The position numbers and the translations under genes are program-made. 28,636 nt of DNA from the IMG/VR virus record IMGVR_UViG_3300030376_006606, positions 1 to 28,636 of that record; one strand, 5' to 3'. Source of the DNA: a virus. Lineage: Duplodnaviria > Caudoviricetes. The first letter of the stretch is position 1. Every line of letters starts with the position of its first letter. Positions 1 to 9,178 of this stretch are shown piece by piece. The notes beneath the pieces are model-generated. The model ran no database searches and had not been told where the DNA came from. It was given only the letters and a program-made list of their open reading frames with translations.

Positions 1-1
1 C

Positions 2-814
2 TGGAACAAACTTCGATGATATTGAACCAAGAGTATCAACATATAAATCACGAATTCTTTTCTTTTTTTCTATGATAATTGGTAATTTTTTCATTTGGGA
101 AATACCAATAGCTGCCTGCATCTCAGTGAAACAAAAGTTATATCCAATGTGCTCGTGTTTGAAAGTACCCTTACCATCCCGACCATGATTCTTGAGCCTG
201 TAACAAATATTTCTCAACTCTTCATCATCAGTAATTATAACTCCACCTTCACCACACGTTATTGTCTTGTTACCATAAAACGATAACACTCCAAGATCAC
301 CAAAGGTACCTACATGCTTGTCCTTAAATTTAACGCCTACACCCTGTGCAGCATCCTCAACTATGTAAATGTTGTGTCTGCGAGAAAAATCAACAAGAGT
401 ACTCATATCTGCACTCTGCCCATATAAATGGACAGGCATTATTGCCTTTGTTTTCTCTGTCAAACATCTCTCTATTGTTTTGTCCGTCATGCACATTGTA
501 TCTGGATCAACATCACATAACACGGGAGTTGCTCCACACATTATAACAGCGTTGGCTGATGCTATGAACGTCATGTCAGGAACTATAACTTCATCGCCAA
601 CACCAATACCAAGTGCCTTAAGACAACAAAAAAGTGCGACAGTACCATTTGTCATTGCGACTGCATATTTCGATCCAGTCATATCACAAATCATACTTTC
701 AAACTCTTTTGTCAGATCATGCTCCACAACGTAGGTCGAGTCGATGACTCGCATCAATTGCTCAAGCTCACTGTTGTCAATCCACGGTTCAATCTGAGGT
801 ATAAAGTCGGTCAT
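2..814 (-). CDS. DegT/DnrJ/EryC1/StrS sugar aminotransferase, GDP-perosamine synthase-like (3' end runs off window)
   Basis: Not in the ORF track. Translated by hand from ATG at 814: MTDFIPQIEPWID...AVAMTNGTVALFCCLKALGIGVGDEVIVPDMTFIASANAV...KAIMPVHLYGQ...VEDAAQG...SFYGNKTITCGEGG...LKNHGR...IGYNF. Catalytic Lys is present in SFYGNK, matching PerA-type SFFGNKTITTGEGG. Confidence 0.9.
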   Translation of the reverse strand, partial: MTDFIPQIEPWIDNSELEQLMRVIDSTYVVEHDLTKEFESMICDMTGSKYAVAMTNGTVALFCCLKALGIGVGDEVIVPDMTFIASANAVIMCGATPVLCDVDPDTMCMTDKTIERCLTEKTKAIMPVHLYGQSADMSTLVDFSRRHNIYIVEDAAQGVGVKFKDKHVGTFGDLGVLSFYGNKTITCGEGGVIITDDEELRNICYRLKNHGRDGKGTFKHEHIGYNFCFTEMQAAIGISQMKKLPIIIEKKKRIRDLYVDTLGSISSKFVP

Positions 815-1175
815 AAGACTTTTGTTCTCTTATTTCACAATCATAGTGTTCATTAATTTTTTTCTTAACCAAAAACCGCTCATCATTATACTTAGCATTC
901 AATCTAGCCAATTCAACAAACTGTGCGTCGAATTCTTTATTTGCTTCTTTCTCTCTAAATCCAGCTTCAGTATCCCAAATCTTAATATTGATATCCTTTA
1001 GCTCTTCATATAAAGAATCCTCCATCACAATTGCCTCATCTGATAGTGCCTGCTCAAGAACTTGTTTTTCTTTTACAATATAACGCAACCTATCCGAATC
1101 GGCAATCCTTTCCAACTTGATATCCAATATTGTTATTTTATCAAAAATTTCACCAATTGCAACATCAACTAGCAT
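789..1175 (-). CDS. DUF6165-like small protein typical of glycosylation loci
   Basis: Motifs GEIFDKITILDIK, INIKIWDTE, FVELAR..YNDER..KKKIN and EQKSY. ATG at 1175 has GGAGG at 1185-1189 (ORF track start is 1181). Confidence 0.7.
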   Translation of the reverse strand: MLVDVAIGEIFDKITILDIKLERIADSDRLRYIVKEKQVLEQALSDEAIVMEDSLYEELKDINIKIWDTEAGFREKEANKEFDAQFVELARLNAKYNDERFLVKKKINEHYDCEIREQKSYDRLYTSD

Positions 1176-1857
1176 ATTCAATTACCTCCCAGTCCTTCTT
1201 GGTTTTACCCAATGGGTGTTCTCTGAAATCATGGAAGAACAATTTACCGTCAGTTGGATAATGTTCCACCATAGATTTAAATGAACTTTCCATTAGGTGT
1301 ATCTCTTTTGCATTCTTAATAATTTCTGTAAAATTAAAAATATTTTCACTCACATCATTTCGTATGATCTTTAGATCATTTTCAATTGTAATCTCAAACC
1401 CTCTGGAAGGATCATCATGAACAAATATGTAGTCCTCTCCAGTGGGATTGAGTTTATCAAATACTCTCTTCTCTTCATCTTCATCCGGCTCAACATAAAA
1501 CAAATCTTGCTTGATGTCTAGATCAATATCTAACTGCTCATAAAAGTATTCCCAACAGTTTTTATCTGGAGATGGGTTTGTTGGGTAATTACCATGACCC
1601 ACAATGTATAGATCTTCTGACGTGAAATTATTTTCATTCATAAACTCATATACACCAGCACATTCATTACCATCTATCCGATGGACTTTGATTTGATCGT
1701 CATCCCGATACATCCACTCGATCATATCAAAGTACTGCTTTTTGGCAAAAGTGTGAATGGTGTCACCTTCATACAAGTCCGCAAAATATCTAACCATACC
1801 ATTACAATCAATATGATCACCCAACCCAAGATGGTGGTGAATTACTATATCAGCCAT
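1165..1857 (-). CDS. putative GT-B-type glycosyltransferase-like protein
   Basis: 230 aa. N-terminal HHHLGLGDHI loop resembles the GLGD motif of GT-B enzymes; also YIFVHDD and EIHLMESSF. Lies inside the glycosylation island. Confidence 0.5.
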   Translation of the reverse strand: MADIVIHHHLGLGDHIDCNGMVRYFADLYEGDTIHTFAKKQYFDMIEWMYRDDDQIKVHRIDGNECAGVYEFMNENNFTSEDLYIVGHGNYPTNPSPDKNCWEYFYEQLDIDLDIKQDLFYVEPDEDEEKRVFDKLNPTGEDYIFVHDDPSRGFEITIENDLKIIRNDVSENIFNFTEIIKNAKEIHLMESSFKSMVEHYPTDGKLFFHDFREHPLGKTKKDWEVIEYAS

Positions 1858-2692
1858 TCTTAATTCTTTCTATGTGGGATTGTACATGCATAAATTTATC
1901 AACATTAGAAAAATCAAATACTGAATCTAAGTTTGTCTCGGCCACATCTTCCCAACTCTCCACGAACATGCAAGGCAATTTCCAGTCCAGATAAATTGAT
2001 TTTATATTACTTCGCTTCATAATCGGGACTGTCCCAGTCAACAAACATTCATAATTTCTGTGTGTATCATATCCAGCCCCCTCTAGACAGATACAATATT
2101 TATACTCTGATAACAACTTCATGTAATCATCAAAGTCTAACTTATCCTGTTGAACATCAACATAGGGAAGTGAAGACAGAAACTCTATCGCAGCAGATCT
2201 CATAGGGTTTGTTGACTGTGTGTGATATGGTAATATAATTTTATTCTTCTTCTCTGTATTCTCTTGATTCAAGTATTTCTTTAGAAGTTCCTGATCACCA
2301 CCAGCTCGTTCCTTTTCCTCAAAGCCAATAGGAATACCCACAATCTTTCTATGTTCCATGGGTGGATTTGTACAGAACCATTTCGTACACAATGCATTGT
2401 CAATAATTGGCTGGTAGTTATCCACCGTGTAAGAAGATATTCCACTGACTAACCTGAACGGAACTTTTATTCTGGGTAAAACCTCTAACTGAAAGTAATT
2501 ACTTTTAAGGTAATCAGTTTTTACAAAAATGATATCATTCTCTTTGACATCATTTATGGTGTTCTCGGTAAGATCTGGAGGACTGCATATACGTGAAACA
2601 GAATTTGATCGATAGAATTCATCAGTACAATCCATCGACCAGTCAACAATACAAGGCATCCAGTTATAGAAAATTAGTTTATCATTCAGCAC
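1850..2692 (-). CDS. exostosin/GT47-like glycosyltransferase
   Basis: C-terminal YKYCICLEGAGYDTHRNYECLLTGTVPI resembles the exostosin-type S.F.L.P.G.G.D..R..E.L..G.IP motif. Start uncertain (GTG 2692, or 2710 in the ORF track). Confidence 0.6.
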   Translation of the reverse strand: MLNDKLIFYNWMPCIVDWSMDCTDEFYRSNSVSRICSPPDLTENTINDVKENDIIFVKTDYLKSNYFQLEVLPRIKVPFRLVSGISSYTVDNYQPIIDNALCTKWFCTNPPMEHRKIVGIPIGFEEKERAGGDQELLKKYLNQENTEKKNKIILPYHTQSTNPMRSAAIEFLSSLPYVDVQQDKLDFDDYMKLLSEYKYCICLEGAGYDTHRNYECLLTGTVPIMKRSNIKSIYLDWKLPCMFVESWEDVAETNLDSVFDFSNVDKFMHVQSHIERIKNG

Positions 2693-3362
2693 AAAAGTCA
2701 CCCAATACACCTAAATCATTTTCCCAATCACCAGCGTATCGATCATTCTCATCAAAAACCTGACCAATAAACTCAACCAATGGATCCTCGTTCCGTTCTA
2801 TTGGGAATGTCTTATTATCAAAGAATGGATCATGTACAAACGAATCTTCTCTGAATTTAGGATAAACATGTGACCATAAGAAATGTTGATCAGAACCCTT
2901 TTCGTCAGGATTTTGATGTATATGGTATTTTATTTTGTCAGACAAATCAGGTAAAAGAACTGGACGACACCCCCACATACCACCCAACATAGGAGCTTGA
3001 TGGTATGGGTGATCTCTCATGATGTGTAATTTCTTATTAGAAGCTAACCATTCGTCAACAGCAAGTTTTTCTCGTATACCCAATCGAGAGTCAGTATCAC
3101 GAACAATCATTGCATCTACTGTTTCATCTGCCGCAGGTTCAAATCTCCAGAACATAGAATTAGTAGTTCCGGGATTGTCACGAGTAATCAATTCTGCACC
3201 AAGTTCCTCAAGTTGTGTGCAAATATTACGAGGAACAGAGTTTGCAATGTAGAACCTGCAAGTCCAGTCAGGAAAAAGTTCATTAGCAAGCTCTACGTTT
3301 TTAACAGCACCAACAGTATACATGGGGATATCTCCCCAAAGAGAAAAGCATATCAATTTCAT
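2682..3362 (-). CDS. conserved putative glycosyltransferase (FSLWG/WRF/RDxDSR family)
   Basis: Motifs ICFSLWG, MFWRF, IVRDTDSR (DxD-like), HIMRDHPYH, LGGMWG and DQHFL. ATGA overlap with the upstream gene. Confidence 0.6.
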   Translation of the reverse strand: MKLICFSLWGDIPMYTVGAVKNVELANELFPDWTCRFYIANSVPRNICTQLEELGAELITRDNPGTTNSMFWRFEPAADETVDAMIVRDTDSRLGIREKLAVDEWLASNKKLHIMRDHPYHQAPMLGGMWGCRPVLLPDLSDKIKYHIHQNPDEKGSDQHFLWSHVYPKFREDSFVHDPFFDNKTFPIERNEDPLVEFIGQVFDENDRYAGDWENDLGVLGDFCAE

Positions 3363-3979
3363 TTTACTATCGACTCCGTTCCTTCCGATGAATAGTGGTA
3401 GAAATGAAGATATTCATCAATAAAAACTTGATTTTCTACTTTTGGATATAGTCGCAATAACCAATCTGCATCCTCACATGATTGACCCATCGCATCATAA
3501 TTTTCTCTAAATTCTTCCGATTGTGCAATTTCTTTTCGCCAAGGACACATGTGGAATGGGGGTCTCTTTATATCATCAAACCCAGTCCCATTGAAATGCA
3601 TCCCATCCATTGGATCCCAATTATGATCAATATCAAACACAACGTCAAATTCAGCCCCATTATAATGACAGTGCTGTTTAAAACAAATCACATCAGGTGT
3701 TTCATTATCAATGACATGTAAAATTGATGGAACATACGTGTCTGCAATCATGTCATCATCGTCGAGGAAACAAATGTATTTTCCTCTCGCCATTTTAAGT
3801 AATTCATTTCTTTTCTCATAGATATGAAAAGATTTGTTATCCACCAGAGAAACAATCTCTACGGAATCATTGTCAAACTGATTCTCTAATTTTAATATAA
3901 GTTTCTGTAATTGATCTATTCTAGATGGAATAGAAAGTATGAGTATACTCAATTTAATGTGTTTTTTGTTTTTTGGCAT
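3359..3979 (-). CDS. family 2 glycosyltransferase
   Basis: GT-A fold motifs LSILILSIPSR, KRNELLKMARGKYICFLDDDD (DxD) and EDADW. Confidence 0.8.
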   Translation of the reverse strand: MPKNKKHIKLSILILSIPSRIDQLQKLILKLENQFDNDSVEIVSLVDNKSFHIYEKRNELLKMARGKYICFLDDDDMIADTYVPSILHVIDNETPDVICFKQHCHYNGAEFDVVFDIDHNWDPMDGMHFNGTGFDDIKRPPFHMCPWRKEIAQSEEFRENYDAMGQSCEDADWLLRLYPKVENQVFIDEYLHFYHYSSEGTESIVK

Positions 3980-4824
3980 TATAAGTTTCCTGTTATTACA
4001 GTTGATATTCTTTCACCAAAATTGGCGTAAGTCTCTGCAATGACTCTATTCTTTTCTACGTATTCCATCATATCAGCATAATCATCCATCGTCAAAGAAT
4101 TTAATTTAGGAATTAATTCATCAACAGTGTCAAACAAAATCATACCCTCAGTATGAAAATATGAACCAATGTTTGGGCAACCCCAGTACACAGGTATTGT
4201 ATAAGTTAACATAGGATCAATTACCTTTTCAGTGAAGTAGTGACGAACCTGCTGGTTCTCGACACAAATGTGGAACATCGAATAGAAAAGATCTTCCTTC
4301 TCTCCGGTGGGTAAAGGGTTTGGTGCTTCCAGAAAAGACTTTCTACTTGTATGGAACATAGTAGGAATCTTTATCTCACCCTGTTTTTGCCAAATTTCTT
4401 TTCTGATTGCATATCCCGGTCTGTCTGTGTCATACCATGATGCAAGAAAGCTAACGTCATGGATTGTTCTATCTTTCTTATCAAAGGTCTTCACTTTCGG
4501 ATCAAAGTATCCCAAACCATCAGGATGATTGATCTTCCCCCGATTGAGCCACGTTGATCCATAAGGAAAGAGAACAGCATTTGGACAAGCATCAACTATC
4601 TCATCATCTGCACATAGAATCAAATCATACTTATTCGCATTCTCTATAACAGAGGACATAGGCTCCCTGTTTGGGGATAGCACACTCTCACTAGATAGCA
4701 CCAGCACCTTGTATGCATTGGGATCGTCAAACTCCTCTATTCTAACAAAGTGAATCTCAACTGGTTGAGTAAATTCTATGTCAGAACCAAAAAGATAACT
4801 TCCGTTTTTTATATTGGGTATCAT
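3979..4824 (-). CDS. GT10-like (alpha-1,3/4-fucosyltransferase-like) glycosyltransferase
   Basis: SMFHICVENQQVRHYFTEKVIDPMLTYTIPVYWGCP matches the GT10 F.L.FEN....Y.TEK......P.Y.G motif. Confidence 0.75.
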   Translation of the reverse strand: MIPNIKNGSYLFGSDIEFTQPVEIHFVRIEEFDDPNAYKVLVLSSESVLSPNREPMSSVIENANKYDLILCADDEIVDACPNAVLFPYGSTWLNRGKINHPDGLGYFDPKVKTFDKKDRTIHDVSFLASWYDTDRPGYAIRKEIWQKQGEIKIPTMFHTSRKSFLEAPNPLPTGEKEDLFYSMFHICVENQQVRHYFTEKVIDPMLTYTIPVYWGCPNIGSYFHTEGMILFDTVDELIPKLNSLTMDDYADMMEYVEKNRVIAETYANFGERISTVITGNL

Positions 4825-5982
4825 TTAAATTTCTCCCAATAGTCCACACAGACGTTCAACCATCACAGAATTAACCATATGGTTATTGCCCACGTATAAC
4901 CCACAATTGTGGATGTAAGAACAAGTTTTATCATATCTTTTCATGTTTACATTTGCAATAAACGGGTGATTGTACAAATTACCCGCAATGATAGGTCTTA
5001 CATGAATATTATTGTCCAACAATATTTTTTTAGTGTGGTTTATATTTCCATCTTTTCTTATAATTGGAAAACAGAAACTAGAAATTCCTTCTATATCAAA
5101 AGGACATTCATATTTTGATTTGTCTATCAAATCACAAAATAAATTAAAATTATCATTTCTAATTTTGATTCGTGTATCAAGATCTTTTATTTGTTCCAAA
5201 CCCAATACAGCATTTATTTCTGTGGATCTTACATTAAATCCGGGGAGTAAAAACGTAAAGTTTTCATCTACTTCTAAATCTTTATATTTTTCCTGCATGG
5301 TGGGGGGAAGTTCTCGCATCAAACCATGAGATCTCAGAAGAAGTAACCTTTCATATAAACTTTCATCATTCGTACACACCATACCCCCCTCAATGGTAGT
5401 CATGTGGTGACCATAGTAAAATGAAAATGTAGATATCTTACCAAAATTTCCTACTTTTTTATTGTTATATGAAGCTCCATGTGCTTCACAGCAGTCCTCC
5501 AGAATTTCTACGTTATATCTGTCACACAATTCCTGTAATTGAGTTGAATAACAATTAAACCCCAAGAGATGAACAAGAAAAAGGTATTGTGGTGACTGAG
5601 TTTTAAATATTAGCTCCAAATTTTCTAAATCTGGACCAAAGTTTTCCAGATTAACATCACAGAGTTGAAGGGAATCTCCTCGTAAAATAATAGGAGAAAC
5701 TGTTGTTGACCATGTACACGCTTGTGATACCCATAATGATTTTTTATGGTATGGTTGAATTGCATTAACCGCTAATAGATTTGCAGAAGAACCAGAATTC
5801 ACAAACACAGAATACTTACATCCTTGCCATTTAGACCAAGACTTCTCGAATTTTTCTATATTTTTTCCATAGGTGAGCTTTTCACCACTCTGAATAAAAT
5901 CAGCAACAATTGATAATTGTTCAGAACTTATTCCGTTCTCCATCAATTTCCACTCAGGTAATGTAATTTCATTTTCTAGCAT
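4825..5982 (-). CDS. ColD-like GDP-4-keto-6-deoxy-D-mannose 3-dehydratase (DegT family, His at the Schiff-base position)
   Basis: Motifs VFVNSGSSANLL, ILEDCCEAHGA, FSFYYGHHMTTIEGG (His replaces Lys), LRSHG and PGFNVRSTE. Start is ATG 5982 or 5988. Confidence 0.8.
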   Translation of the reverse strand: MLENEITLPEWKLMENGISSEQLSIVADFIQSGEKLTYGKNIEKFEKSWSKWQGCKYSVFVNSGSSANLLAVNAIQPYHKKSLWVSQACTWSTTVSPIILRGDSLQLCDVNLENFGPDLENLELIFKTQSPQYLFLVHLLGFNCYSTQLQELCDRYNVEILEDCCEAHGASYNNKKVGNFGKISTFSFYYGHHMTTIEGGMVCTNDESLYERLLLLRSHGLMRELPPTMQEKYKDLEVDENFTFLLPGFNVRSTEINAVLGLEQIKDLDTRIKIRNDNFNLFCDLIDKSKYECPFDIEGISSFCFPIIRKDGNINHTKKILLDNNIHVRPIIAGNLYNHPFIANVNMKRYDKTCSYIHNCGLYVGNNHMVNSVMVERLCGLLGEI

Positions 5983-6874
5983 GTTCATAATTTTCAATAA
6001 ACCATTTCACTGTTTTTTTGATTCCTGTTTCTAGGGAAGTATAATTAGGACTAAATAATTCATTTAATCTACTAGAGTCAGAGGGTTTTTTTAGTTGTCC
6101 ACACCTTTCAGAATTATAGATAATATTTCCCCTAAAGTCAAATTCTTCCTTGATAATTTCTACCACATCTCTTATGGAAACTTCATTAGGAGAAATTATG
6201 AGAGGCTCTTCTTCTACGTAATTATTCAATATCCAAGAAATTATATCATGTAAATCTTCAGCAAAAAGAAATTCTCGTTTCTCTTCTCCGGTTCCCCAGA
6301 TTTCAACATCCGAATTGTTTTGTGTGGCAGAATAAAATTTGTGTACTAGAGCAGGTAACACATGCCCGTCATTTAAATTAAAATTATCATGGGGACCATA
6401 GATGTTACATGGGATAATAGATATAGAATTTAAACCATACTGTTCCCTATAAGATTTTTCTAGTACATATAACATTCTTTTTGCATATGAATATCCATAG
6501 TTACTTGAATGTGGAGGGCCAGAAAAAATCTGATCAGGGGTGAGGGGATAACTAACTTTGTTGGGAAATATACATGTCGATAAAAATACTATAAGTTTTT
6601 CTACATTATTTTTTCTACATGATTCAAAAACATTCAATCCCATTAATAAATTTTCTCTAAAAAAAGAAGCATTATTTTCCATGTTAGCTTTAATGCCACC
6701 TACTTTACCAGCGCAATGTATGACATTTGTTATGTCATTATGGGTAATATAATCGTTTAGTGATTTTTCATCTAATAGATCCACATCTGCTCTTTGTGGT
6801 TTTTTGCCCCCATGTAAAAAAGAACCTACAAGACCAGAACCACCTGTTATTAGAGTACTAGCATCAAAGTTCAA
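5969..6874 (-). CDS. fcl: GDP-L-fucose synthase / GDP-colitose synthase-like epimerase-reductase
   Basis: Motifs LITGGSGLVGS, HCAGKVGGIKAN, LSTCIFP, YSYAKR (YxxxK), PCNIYGPHDNF, HVLPALVHKF and WGTG..REF. TTG start. Confidence 0.9.
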   Translation of the reverse strand: MNFDASTLITGGSGLVGSFLHGGKKPQRADVDLLDEKSLNDYITHNDITNVIHCAGKVGGIKANMENNASFFRENLLMGLNVFESCRKNNVEKLIVFLSTCIFPNKVSYPLTPDQIFSGPPHSSNYGYSYAKRMLYVLEKSYREQYGLNSISIIPCNIYGPHDNFNLNDGHVLPALVHKFYSATQNNSDVEIWGTGEEKREFLFAEDLHDIISWILNNYVEEEPLIISPNEVSIRDVVEIIKEEFDFRGNIIYNSERCGQLKKPSDSSRLNELFSPNYTSLETGIKKTVKWFIENYEHARK

Positions 6875-6875
6875 C

Positions 6876-7715
6876 CTATTTCTCCACCAAGTAATTATTC
6901 ATGATAATATTATAAATTTGATCGTCAACCATTTCCATTTTATTAACTAACTCAAAATTTTCTTTAATAGCATCAAGTTTGGAATCATATAATTCTGGTG
7001 TAAGATTACTAATATCAAAATCATCTACCAATTCTATAATACCGTCTGTATTAAAATGATTCCCAATAGTAGGAGATCCCCAATAAATGGGAATTGTTCC
7101 TGTTGCAAAAGCATCAGTAATTTTTTCTGTAAAAACATCTTCTTGTTTTGAATTTTCAATAATAAAACTAAAACGATAATCTTTATGAGCTTCAAGTTTA
7201 TCAAAAAGACTATCACCAAAACGAGTTCCAGATATAGATCCCATTATATCTACACCACCTTTGAATTTTTCTGCTATGGTGTGTCGTAATTTTTGACCTT
7301 CAGTGAACTTTTTATTCGAAGCAAGCAAAGAAATATTCTTAGTTTTGTCGTATATTTTTCTTTCTTTAATCCACGGTAAATTACTACAAGAATATACTTG
7401 GTGTATTCTCTCATGTTGATTGGCTAATTCTGCATCACAAGTAAAAATAGCTTCATAATAATCAAGTAACGCTTCGTAATTTTCACGCACCATGTCATAG
7501 ACTTGTGGAATTATTGCAGGTAATTCACACAACCACCCAAACCTATTAGCTGGAATCTCTTCACTCTCAAACATACCAACAATACCACTGTCTATAGTAA
7601 CAACAGTATCACAGGCTTCCAATTCCCTCGACCACCTAAAGAGAGTAGGTGTCAGATCAGAGCAAGAGGAATGCTCATGATAGAAGGGTTCACCAATACA
7701 TGCTAGTTTATTCAT
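6876..7715 (-). CDS. GT10-like (fucosyltransferase-like) glycosyltransferase
   Basis: YRFSFIIENSKQEDVFTEKITDAFATGTIPIYWGS is a GT10 motif. Adjacent to fcl. Confidence 0.8.
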   Translation of the reverse strand: MNKLACIGEPFYHEHSSCSDLTPTLFRWSRELEACDTVVTIDSGIVGMFESEEIPANRFGWLCELPAIIPQVYDMVRENYEALLDYYEAIFTCDAELANQHERIHQVYSCSNLPWIKERKIYDKTKNISLLASNKKFTEGQKLRHTIAEKFKGGVDIMGSISGTRFGDSLFDKLEAHKDYRFSFIIENSKQEDVFTEKITDAFATGTIPIYWGSPTIGNHFNTDGIIELVDDFDISNLTPELYDSKLDAIKENFELVNKMEMVDDQIYNIIMNNYLVEK

Positions 7716-8349
7716 AATATAATCCTACACTTTGCCAATTTATTTTGTCTTCCTCGAAACCCATTTTTCGAAGAGAATCTTTTTTAGATTCAACATCAGA
7801 TAGTCCCATGAGAATTACAGTATCGTCATTCTCATCTCCGGGCCATGTACAATAATTATACCCCAAGGCACCGAAAGTGCAATCTTTTTGTGAATCTATT
7901 ACCGTTTGAAACAAAACCTCATGATCAAAACACTCTTGTTCATTATCTCTACTAATATCTATGAGGGTTTTCCATCGCTCCAAAAACTTTCTCGTGTTTT
8001 CATTATTCTTGAAAATAATAGGAGAAGCCTTGATTCCAATTAGTTGGGGGACACCAGAGGCAAAAATTACATCTGATTCAGTATCAAGAGACTCCACTTC
8101 AGACATACGATTTAAAAGTATCGTATCGATATCTAACCACATGATGTCTTCATCAAACTGGTCCAGTTTCTCTAAAAGAAAACCAACTTTTCTCCTACAG
8201 TTTTCTCTGTAAGATCCTAGGCTGTCCAAATGTTCTATATGGTAATCGTATCCATACTCGTCTAGTTTTTCTTTCAGACGGTGGTATGATTTTTCATAGT
8301 ATTTTGATTCATCTACATCACAATAATAACTAATCACTTTAAATTTCAT
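7708..8349 (-). CDS. putative GT-A nucleotide-diphospho-sugar transferase
   Basis: IMWLDID (DxD), FLERW and DHEVL. TAATG overlap with the regA stop. Confidence 0.6.
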   Translation of the reverse strand: MKFKVISYYCDVDESKYYEKSYHRLKEKLDEYGYDYHIEHLDSLGSYRENCRRKVGFLLEKLDQFDEDIMWLDIDTILLNRMSEVESLDTESDVIFASGVPQLIGIKASPIIFKNNENTRKFLERWKTLIDISRDNEQECFDHEVLFQTVIDSQKDCTFGALGYNYCTWPGDENDDTVILMGLSDVESKKDSLRKMGFEEDKINWQSVGLYYE

Positions 8350-8747
8350 TATGTTTTACCTATGTGGTACTTTGGTACTAACTCCCAGTCTTGTTTATCT
8401 CTATGTGGGATGATCTTAATTTGTCCCAAAGAAGCCTTTGATTCCTCTGCAATTTCTTCATCAATTACGTCTAACAGTTCCCATTCCTTTAGAAGATCAA
8501 CAATAGTATTTCTTCTTGCTATATCAGTCTCAGATATGTCCGATGACAGACCATCTAATATGAACAATTCCTTAAAGTGCATTATCGCGTAACGACCTCT
8601 TTTATGCAAAATGTGACAAGATTGGAATAGCTTTTTTTCTTTTTTAGAAGAGACTCCTATGCGAGTCAATGTCTCTCTAATTTTAAGAAAATCATCTTTT
8701 TCTCTCAGTGCAATCTCTACGCCAAGACCATTGAAAATATCTTCCAT
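8349..8747 (-). CDS. regA: RegA translational repressor
   Basis: DDFLKIRETLTRIGVSSKKEKKLFQSCHILHKRGRYAIMHFKELF..DG...RRNTI..LL.EW.L and W.LVPKY.IG are T4 RegA hallmarks. Confidence 0.97.
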   Translation of the reverse strand: MEDIFNGLGVEIALREKDDFLKIRETLTRIGVSSKKEKKLFQSCHILHKRGRYAIMHFKELFILDGLSSDISETDIARRNTIVDLLKEWELLDVIDEEIAEESKASLGQIKIIPHRDKQDWELVPKYHIGKT

Positions 8748-8779
8748 CTAAATACTCCATGTATCATACTATACACAGA

Positions 8780-8787
8780 TATTTATT
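8780..8787 (-). promoter_or_regulatory. candidate T4-type late promoter (aATAAATA) upstream of regA
   Basis: AATAAATA overlaps the gp62 stop, about 32 nt before the regA ATG. GGAG at 8755-8758. Confidence 0.4.
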
Positions 8788-9178
8788 TATTTGACTTGCC
8801 CATACCACCAGTATTAATCATCTGCTTCATCCAAACGATGTCATCTTCCGTGATGATATCAAGGATTTCTCTGGCTTTTGGGTCAGAATACCCATAAAAC
8901 TGCTTGATTAGATCCAGATTCTCTTCAGATTCTCTCCGTAACCACTTACTATATCTCTTATTCTTTCGAATTGATGACAGTAAATAGTCAAATTGCATCT
9001 TCTTGTCTGTATGTGGAAGACGATTCATCTCATTTACATACAGAACTGTGTCGATGAAGTAAGAAAGACACCGATTGACAACAAAAGGAGTGTACTCCTT
9101 CTCGACACTTTCGTCCTCTGTGTCGAGAAGGGACTCCTTAGTGTAATTGATCGCGTTTAGATACTCACTCAGCTTCAT
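8783..9178 (-). CDS. gp62: clamp loader small subunit gp62
   Basis: YLNAINYTK, YTPFVVNRCLSYFIDTVLYVNEMN, QFDYLL.SIRK.KRYSKW and YGYS..KA. Position between gp44 and regA. Confidence 0.93.
   Translation of the reverse strand: MKLSEYLNAINYTKESLLDTEDESVEKEYTPFVVNRCLSYFIDTVLYVNEMNRLPHTDKKMQFDYLLSSIRKNKRYSKWLRRESEENLDLIKQFYGYSDPKAREILDIITEDDIVWMKQMINTGGMGKSNK

Noticed and set aside
95-734. Plus-strand ORFs of 63, 66 and 121 aa
   Set aside because: They are antisense shadows of the real minus-strand aminotransferase (2-814).
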